The notes beneath the pieces are model-generated. The model ran no database searches, was not told the origin of the DNA, and was given only the letters and a program-made list of their open reading frames with translations. A program made the position numbers and the translations under genes. From an uncultured Candidatus Saccharibacteria bacterium (GTDB taxonomy: Bacteria > Patescibacteriota > Minisyncoccia > Phycocordibacterales > UBA918), in NCBI GenBank assembly GCA_964399295.1, contig CAYNQD010000001.1, positions 203,944-267,943 on the forward strand: a stretch of DNA of 64,000 nt, written 5' to 3'. Shown piece by piece: positions 58,401-64,000 of this stretch; the first letter of the stretch is position 1; each line of letters begins with the position of its first letter.

Positions 58401-59594
58401 TTAACAATTGAAACTACCTAAATCATGCGGATGGATTGTGGTGGCACTAAATGGTCGGCTGGGTGCGCCGTCTATCATGAGTTTTAGGTAGATTCCACGG
58501 TTTGGTAGATTGATAAGGTCGGTGGTGTTGAAAACTGGTTGGAATTCCCTAGCTATGAGTGGCGCATCCTCTGGCCCCAGTCGAAATGAAATGAGAGTGC
58601 CAGCATTGGCTAATACGGCGTGTCGCACGTCTGATTCCAGTTGATACAGGTGCTGATTGGCTAAAACTAAGCCGATACGGTATTTACGCAGTTCTGAGAC
58701 CATATTGGCGATGGAAAGTGTGGTGAAGCTCTGGAATTCATCAATATAGATCAGGAAATTACGTCTTTCAGTTTCTGGTATATCTCCACGGCTCATAGCC
58801 GCTAGACCTAAGGTAGTGACTAAAATCGCTCCAAACAATGAAGCACTGTCTTCTCCTAAGCGACCTTTGGCTAAATTCACAATCAGTATCTTCCCTTCGT
58901 CCATAATGGTACGAAATTGCAGATTGACCGGAGCAGTGGTGAAAATCCGTCGTAGCTTTGGATCGGCCAGAAATGCCCCAACTTTGTTTTGTATGGGTGC
59001 GATCATTTCCTGACGGTAGCGGGGGTTATAGGCAGCGAATTCTTCTGTCCAGAAATGACGGACTTGTTCGTTTTTAACTTTGGCAATGACAGTCTGACGA
59101 TAGGTTTTATCAGCAATCATCCGCAGGATATCGGGCAGTTTAGCGTCACCAGCTTCAATCAAGGCGTAGAGGGTATTTCTGAGTATATGCTCCATGCGTA
59201 CACCCCAAGCTTCAGTCCAGAGTTTTTTGAAGGCTTCCATCAGGCCAGAGACGGCTAGTGGTATACGGGATGAGTGTACCTGGCGGAGTGGGTTATACCC
59301 GTATGGTTGGTGGATATCAGGGACGTTGATATAGACCAGATTATTTCTTCGCCTTTCTGGAACGTTGGCTACCAGTCGTTCGGCTAAGTCACCATGCGGA
59401 TCAATGACGCAAAGACCGCGACCGCTGTGGATGTCTTGCAGAGCTAGGGTTTCTAAAAGAGTAGTCTTCCCTGCTCCAGTACGGCCAATTACATAGATAT
59501 GGGAAAAGCGATCATCGAGTTTGATGCCGAAGGTGCGATGGGGATGGCGGGCGTTGGTGTGGGCGAGGTATGAAATGGATTGATTTGAATACAC
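58401..59594 (-). CDS. FtsK/HerA/TraG-superfamily P-loop ATPase (397 aa; a bare ATPase domain with no TM segment)
   Basis: Walker A IGRTGAGKT, VIDPHGD, Walker B LIYIDEFQSF, LANQHLYQL; paralogous to the core of the 906-aa protein. Confidence 0.55.
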   Translation of the reverse strand: MYSNQSISYLAHTNARHPHRTFGIKLDDRFSHIYVIGRTGAGKTTLLETLALQDIHSGRGLCVIDPHGDLAERLVANVPERRRNNLVYINVPDIHQPYGYNPLRQVHSSRIPLAVSGLMEAFKKLWTEAWGVRMEHILRNTLYALIEAGDAKLPDILRMIADKTYRQTVIAKVKNEQVRHFWTEEFAAYNPRYRQEMIAPIQNKVGAFLADPKLRRIFTTAPVNLQFRTIMDEGKILIVNLAKGRLGEDSASLFGAILVTTLGLAAMSRGDIPETERRNFLIYIDEFQSFTTLSIANMVSELRKYRIGLVLANQHLYQLESDVRHAVLANAGTLISFRLGPEDAPLIAREFQPVFNTTDLINLPNRGIYLKLMIDGAPSRPFSATTIHPHDLGSFNC

Positions 59595-59782
59595 CTAGGC
59601 ATAGTAAATTATGCACATATTGAAAACATGATGTGGATAGTTGCTGAAATATCTTACATCTCTTCACATTCACGATTAAAACATTAAATGTTAGTAAGAA
59701 GTTTTCAATGGGAGACATTTCTGTAAATAGTATCAATAATCCGTTGAGAACAAAATATTTAAATAAAAGAGACAGTGCTATT

Positions 59783-60220
59783 CTAAGGTTTAGTGTAAAT
59801 TTCCGGTAACAACTCGCTAGCTTTTTTCTTTATTATATCTCCATTCTTATTTAGCAGAATAACCTCTAAATCAGGTGTATGCTCGGCCATAATCTGTCGA
59901 CAATTTCCGCATGGTGATACTATTTTAGGTTCGCAGCTATTATCGCCATTCCAAAAAACAGAAACGATTTTATCAAACTGAGTTTCCTGTTTATAAAGGG
60001 CATTTGAAAGCGCTATTGGCTCAGCACATATGTCAAATCCATCGTTATCCAGATGTAGACTACTATAAACACTACCGCCACAGTAAAGAACACATGCGAC
60101 GTGATGTTTATTCTTAACATAGCGTTTCTTTATTAGATCAAATGCTTGTTTTATGACGAATTCATCGTGAACTAACTGTTCTGAAGAACTCAGTTTGTAT
60201 TCATAGCTTTTCATAGCCAA
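59783..60220 (-). CDS. Cytidine/deoxycytidylate-deaminase-fold protein (Cys-type CDA / blasticidin-S deaminase-like)
   Basis: CAEP…SPCGNCRQ zinc-ligand motifs. Confidence 0.6.
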   Translation of the reverse strand: MAMKSYEYKLSSSEQLVHDEFVIKQAFDLIKKRYVKNKHHVACVLYCGGSVYSSLHLDNDGFDICAEPIALSNALYKQETQFDKIVSVFWNGDNSCEPKIVSPCGNCRQIMAEHTPDLEVILLNKNGDIIKKKASELLPEIYTKP

Positions 60221-60731
60221 ATTTTTTTAACTCATCTTCAATATCTGTATAACCGCGTCCTGCTAGTAGGCCTCCGGCAATAAATTTTTCTTGTGTTACA
60301 TCCGCTAAACATATACCAGGCGGAATAAATTCTTCCATTTCTTCTTTAGTTAAAAATTCGAAATCTAATAGAGCAAACCCGCGAAGCGATTCTTCAAATA
60401 TGTCTAATTCTGCTTCTTTACCATCAAAGTTAAGAAAATAACGGGTTTTATAAATTGCTCTATCTGAAGCTTTTGATAACTCTATAAATTCGGTTTCAGT
60501 AAGAGGTATTGTCATTTCGGTATGTGAAGAAGCGTCATTGGTGTTTATAGGCGTTTTTTTTGTAAATTCAAATTTATCAGCCTTACGCCTTAATCTGATT
60601 CGTGGATGCTTATTTAAATCAGCTGGAATATAAATATCGATCATTCTAGTACTAGCTGCTTTTTCTAAACCTTTTGGTAAAGCCCTTAATAGAAATGTTC
60701 TTTCGTACTCAATGTTTTTTATGTTTGACAT
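60201..60731 (-). CDS. CYTH-domain (triphosphate tunnel metalloenzyme) protein
   Basis: N-terminal EYERTFLL matches the CYTH E.E.K/R.FLL signature. Confidence 0.55.
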   Translation of the reverse strand: MSNIKNIEYERTFLLRALPKGLEKAASTRMIDIYIPADLNKHPRIRLRRKADKFEFTKKTPINTNDASSHTEMTIPLTETEFIELSKASDRAIYKTRYFLNFDGKEAELDIFEESLRGFALLDFEFLTKEEMEEFIPPGICLADVTQEKFIAGGLLAGRGYTDIEDELKKFGYEKL

Positions 60732-60790
60732 TATAGTTTTTAATTTGTTTGGTAATATCTATTATTTATAACTGATTAATTTTTACCACA

Positions 60791-62077
60791 TTATAACGAA
60801 ACTTGCATCAAATCCCTTAATTTAGGTGTTTTATGAACTACTTGTGAAACTTTTCGAAATCCCTTTACGTACAAATCCATTATATTTTCGTGGTCTTTAT
60901 TAACCCATATTGGGACTTTCATAAATGTTGTTGTAAATCTTGTTGCGTTCAAAAAGCCTTCTTGACGAGTTAATGGTGCGCTATAAAGATTAGGAAACAA
61001 TTCGTTTGGTGTTAAGAAAATTGGTAATTCGTTAACTAATCCAGTAGAACCAGGATCATCAAACTCAATAAGTCCTTCTGCATGTAACAGTTCAAGAAAT
61101 TGGGTTTTGGTAAGTCCATTAGCTTTTTCTGAAAGAAAATGAAATCCATATGAGTAAAAACTACTTTCTGTATCTGAATGTTGTGGTCTTACCAAAAAAG
61201 GATACTCATCAATTACTGCGTCAAATTTACTGGCAAATAACTTTTTCTGTTTTAAAAATTTGTCTAGATTTTCAAATTGTTCCATTGCTATTGCTATTGC
61301 TATAGGATGCGCTCGGTACTTATTACCCTTTCCTGTTAAGTAATACTTATACAAGTATGAATTCTTGCGTATTTCGTTTTTTGATCGTTTGTTATAATGT
61401 CCATGTATAAGGGCTTTTTCAAATATATTTATATCATTAGTTAATAATATTCCACCTTCACCACCAGAGATAATTTTTTGTCCTTGTAAACTCCATGCGG
61501 CTACATCTCCAAATGTACCAACTAATTGTCCTTTAAATCTTGCACCGTGAGCATGTGAGCAATCTTCGAGAAGTTTGATACCTTTCTCTTTGCAGAATTT
61601 TGCTATTTTTCCAATATCTGCGACAGGTTCACCCCACATGTGCGTTACAATTACAGCTTTCGTTTTTACCCCAATCTTTCGTTGGATGTCGTTGAAACAA
61701 ATATTTCCAAATTCGTCACAATCACAAAACACGGGTGTACAACCAAAATTCATAGCTGGACTAATAGTTGCGTGAAAAGTGTACACAGGACATAAAATCT
61801 CGTCACCAGGATTAAGGTCAATAGAATCAAACATTGCGAGAATTGAACTTGTTCCTGAATTGGAAAGTAAGGCATATTGTTTGTTATGATAATTAGCAAA
61901 TGCTTCTTCAAATTGTCCAAAAATAGACGAATTGTCGTAAATTGAAATCGTTTCCCTTAATTGCCTCAAAATAGCTTTTGTAGTATTGTCAGTAATTATA
62001 GGCCACTCAAATTTCATACTTCTATCAGCTGCAATAGAGTGCCCACCAAAAAAAGCTAACGTATCAACTAATGTCAT
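60791..62077 (-). CDS. DegT/DnrJ/EryC1/StrS-family PLP-dependent sugar aminotransferase
   Basis: Fold-type I layout with the DegT-typical lysine region and the SNSGTSS block. Confidence 0.7.
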   Translation of the reverse strand: MTLVDTLAFFGGHSIAADRSMKFEWPIITDNTTKAILRQLRETISIYDNSSIFGQFEEAFANYHNKQYALLSNSGTSSILAMFDSIDLNPGDEILCPVYTFHATISPAMNFGCTPVFCDCDEFGNICFNDIQRKIGVKTKAVIVTHMWGEPVADIGKIAKFCKEKGIKLLEDCSHAHGARFKGQLVGTFGDVAAWSLQGQKIISGGEGGILLTNDINIFEKALIHGHYNKRSKNEIRKNSYLYKYYLTGKGNKYRAHPIAIAIAMEQFENLDKFLKQKKLFASKFDAVIDEYPFLVRPQHSDTESSFYSYGFHFLSEKANGLTKTQFLELLHAEGLIEFDDPGSTGLVNELPIFLTPNELFPNLYSAPLTRQEGFLNATRFTTTFMKVPIWVNKDHENIMDLYVKGFRKVSQVVHKTPKLRDLMQVSL

Positions 62078-63156
62078 AATAAGTCTCCATTACTCAAAGA
62101 CAGTTCAGAAATAAGATTTTGGTATGTTTGATGTGGATTTATGGAGGTTCGTAAAGCAGCTGATTGATAACAAGCTTCTATAAGAGCTATGTGTTTCAAA
62201 TAATCAGATGTTATCTTGCCTAAATTGCGTTTATCCCGAATAAACTTTGAACATGCTTCTAATTGATCTACTAGTGCTGAAGGCCACGATCCGAATCTCT
62301 CTAAGCGTTCTTCATTTAGTTCTTTTCCATGATTAAATACACGCCGAACACAACCACGTTGTACTGAAACATGCCCACGTGTACCAAATGCTGTTAACCC
62401 TTCTTCTTTTTCCGGATATGTTCGTGAGACAACTAAATTACCAAGAATATGTTCTGCATCATTCTCTTCACTATTGTATGAGAATTGCACAAAAGCTGTG
62501 TCTTCAACATCATATTTCTGACCCTCTCTATTTCCAGAAGATAATTGGCAAGTTACACTATCTGGTAATCCAAAGTACCAAACAATCAAATCAACATAGT
62601 GATATCCTAAATCAACCAAAGCTCCGCCGCCAGAAAATAGACGACTTGCCCTCCAACCTTCATCCAGCCTATCAATGTTCATAACGTATTTAGCTTCTAT
62701 GGCATGTATTTTCCCTATACGTTTAATTAGCTGTGCGAATGTGGTGAAGACAGGGTTAAATCGGCGTTGCAATGTCATTGTTAGTGCAATATTGTTTTTT
62801 CTTATAATAGAGACCATTTGCTTCGCGTTGGAAATAGACGTTGCAAAAGGCTTTTCTTTTATAATATTTATCCCGTTTTCTGCCAGTAGCGTTGTAATAT
62901 CAATATAGTTGTGGTGTGGGACGGCTACTAGAGCAGCCTCGATATCTTTTTTCCTATATTTTATGAATTCGTGACTGCTTATAATCGGTGTTACGCCATA
63001 TTCATAAGCTACCTTATTGGTTTTTTCTTCGTCTATATCATGTACACCAATCAACTCTAGCTGATTACTTTCTTTGATTGCCGGAAGATGATCATCGATA
63101 CTTTGGTGCCCCAATCCGATGACAATTAATTTCAATGGTTTATATTCTTGTTGCAT
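62074..63156 (-). CDS. Gfo/Idh/MocA-family NAD(P)-dependent oxidoreductase
   Basis: N-terminal Rossmann IGLGHQSIDDHLPA, EKP motif, C-terminal alpha/beta domain; 4-bp overlap with the DegT gene. Confidence 0.75.
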   Translation of the reverse strand: MQQEYKPLKLIVIGLGHQSIDDHLPAIKESNQLELIGVHDIDEEKTNKVAYEYGVTPIISSHEFIKYRKKDIEAALVAVPHHNYIDITTLLAENGINIIKEKPFATSISNAKQMVSIIRKNNIALTMTLQRRFNPVFTTFAQLIKRIGKIHAIEAKYVMNIDRLDEGWRASRLFSGGGALVDLGYHYVDLIVWYFGLPDSVTCQLSSGNREGQKYDVEDTAFVQFSYNSEENDAEHILGNLVVSRTYPEKEEGLTAFGTRGHVSVQRGCVRRVFNHGKELNEERLERFGSWPSALVDQLEACSKFIRDKRNLGKITSDYLKHIALIEACYQSAALRTSINPHQTYQNLISELSLSNGDLL

Positions 63157-63307
63157 TGTACTATTCCTTAATATGTTTTTTGGAGAAGTTTCTGTTATTG
63201 CCTATTATCATTACGTTAAGGCAATATTAATAGAAAAGTGAGATAATTCTAAGGAATCTGAAAAAAATCCTTATACCTCATAAATATAATTATTTTATAA
63301 AAAATTA

Positions 63308-64000
63308 ATGAAGAGAGCCTTAATAACAAGTGCGCATCAAGGGATTGGAAGTGGTTTTCTTGAATACCTACTAGAAAAAGGTTTCCAGGTGTTTTCAGCT
63401 ACTCGCAAAGATATTGATCAACAAATCAAACATCCAAATCTAGAATGGCTCCACTTAGAGTTGACTGACAATAAGTCAATCGAATCAGCATTTAAATTAG
63501 TTTCTAAAAAAGCTGATTGTATTGATTTACTGGTTAATAACGCGGGTGTTAATAAAGTCACTGCCACCAATAATCATAAAGAAAAAGTTAGTAACTTGAG
63601 TGATTTAGACAGATCAATGTTAATTGATATGTTTAATGTTAACGCAATAGCACCTATCATCATTTTACAAAAATTCTTACCACTTTTGAAATCAAAACCT
63701 AGTTTTGTTATAAATATATCAAGCAGTCGAGCCTCGTTTCATGATGAGTTTGAGAATAGTTCCGGTAACTATGGATATCGAGCGAGCAAAATTGCTCTTA
63801 ATATGTTGACGTTCTGTTGTATAAAGGATTTACCTAATCATATAAAAATATTTTCAGTACACCCCGGTAGTGTTTATAGTCAAATGAACCCATTGGGTGA
63901 GCTTACTCCTAAACAATGTGCGGAAAATCTTTTGTTTATAACGGAGAACTGGAAAGAGGATTGGAACGGGAAATTTTTACGTTTTGATGGTTCTCTATAT
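63308..64000 (+). CDS. Short-chain dehydrogenase/reductase (SDR), 3′-truncated by the window end
   Basis: TSAHQGIGSGF glycine-rich NAD(P) loop, NNAG, and the YGYRASK catalytic YxxxK. Confidence 0.6.
   Translation, partial: MKRALITSAHQGIGSGFLEYLLEKGFQVFSATRKDIDQQIKHPNLEWLHLELTDNKSIESAFKLVSKKADCIDLLVNNAGVNKVTATNNHKEKVSNLSDLDRSMLIDMFNVNAIAPIIILQKFLPLLKSKPSFVINISSSRASFHDEFENSSGNYGYRASKIALNMLTFCCIKDLPNHIKIFSVHPGSVYSQMNPLGELTPKQCAENLLFITENWKEDWNGKFLRFDGSLY

Noticed and set aside
1-64000. CRISPR arrays or cas genes
   Set aside because: No regularly spaced direct repeats of 25–40 bp and no Cas-like proteins were found. The direct repeats present (39405/42874) are a single 245-bp pair.

Overview
This is an AT-rich (~40% GC) bacterial chromosome window with a small-genome, possibly Patescibacteria/CPR-like gene repertoire. 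The strand-switching, compact organisation supports this; the phylum call is inference.

Coordinates 1–32.4 kb are conserved housekeeping core. It holds aspS (3′ part), pepA, scpAB, a D-Ala-D-Ala carboxypeptidase, a minimal dcw block (mraY-ftsW-murG), gltX, an M23 peptidase, murI, a ROK kinase, a LOG-family protein, a DEDD exonuclease, YihY, rpmA, ppiB, rplI, ctpA, cysS, dnaB, recR, rplU, rmuC, a PIF1/RecD-like helicase and an FAD-linked oxidase.

A tRNA-Glu(UUC) lies at 32475–32549. A large serine recombinase gene on the opposite strand reads into the 3′ half of this tRNA. From there to about 59.7 kb the sequence is a mosaic accessory island. In order it contains:
- a P-loop replication/mobilisation-like protein;
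- a MITE-like element with 25-bp terminal inverted repeats;
- a GC-rich foreign IS with 18-bp terminal inverted repeats and a 491-aa DDE transposase;
- an HTH regulator and an ArdC antirestriction protein;
- a 3.2-kb cassette of secreted-protein genes bracketed by ~245-bp direct repeats of the ardC 3′ end;
- a degraded IS4/IS701-like transposase and an IS1595 transposase;
- a 1129-aa RTX/VWD/Calx-beta giant protein with a PEP-CTERM-like neighbour;
- a secreted Endonuclease I and a ChaN-like protein;
- a second serine recombinase with a double-HTH C-terminal extension;
- an AT-rich 2-TM protein.

The most unusual unit is an operon of two paralogous FtsK/HerA/TraG-superfamily P-loop ATPases flanking a 126-aa ORF. 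The larger ATPase carries a C-terminal domain that may be a nuclease.

The window ends with a cdd-like deaminase, a CYTH protein, a DegT aminotransferase, a Gfo/Idh/MocA oxidoreductase and a partial SDR (a sugar-modification cluster). No CRISPR array or rRNA was seen.
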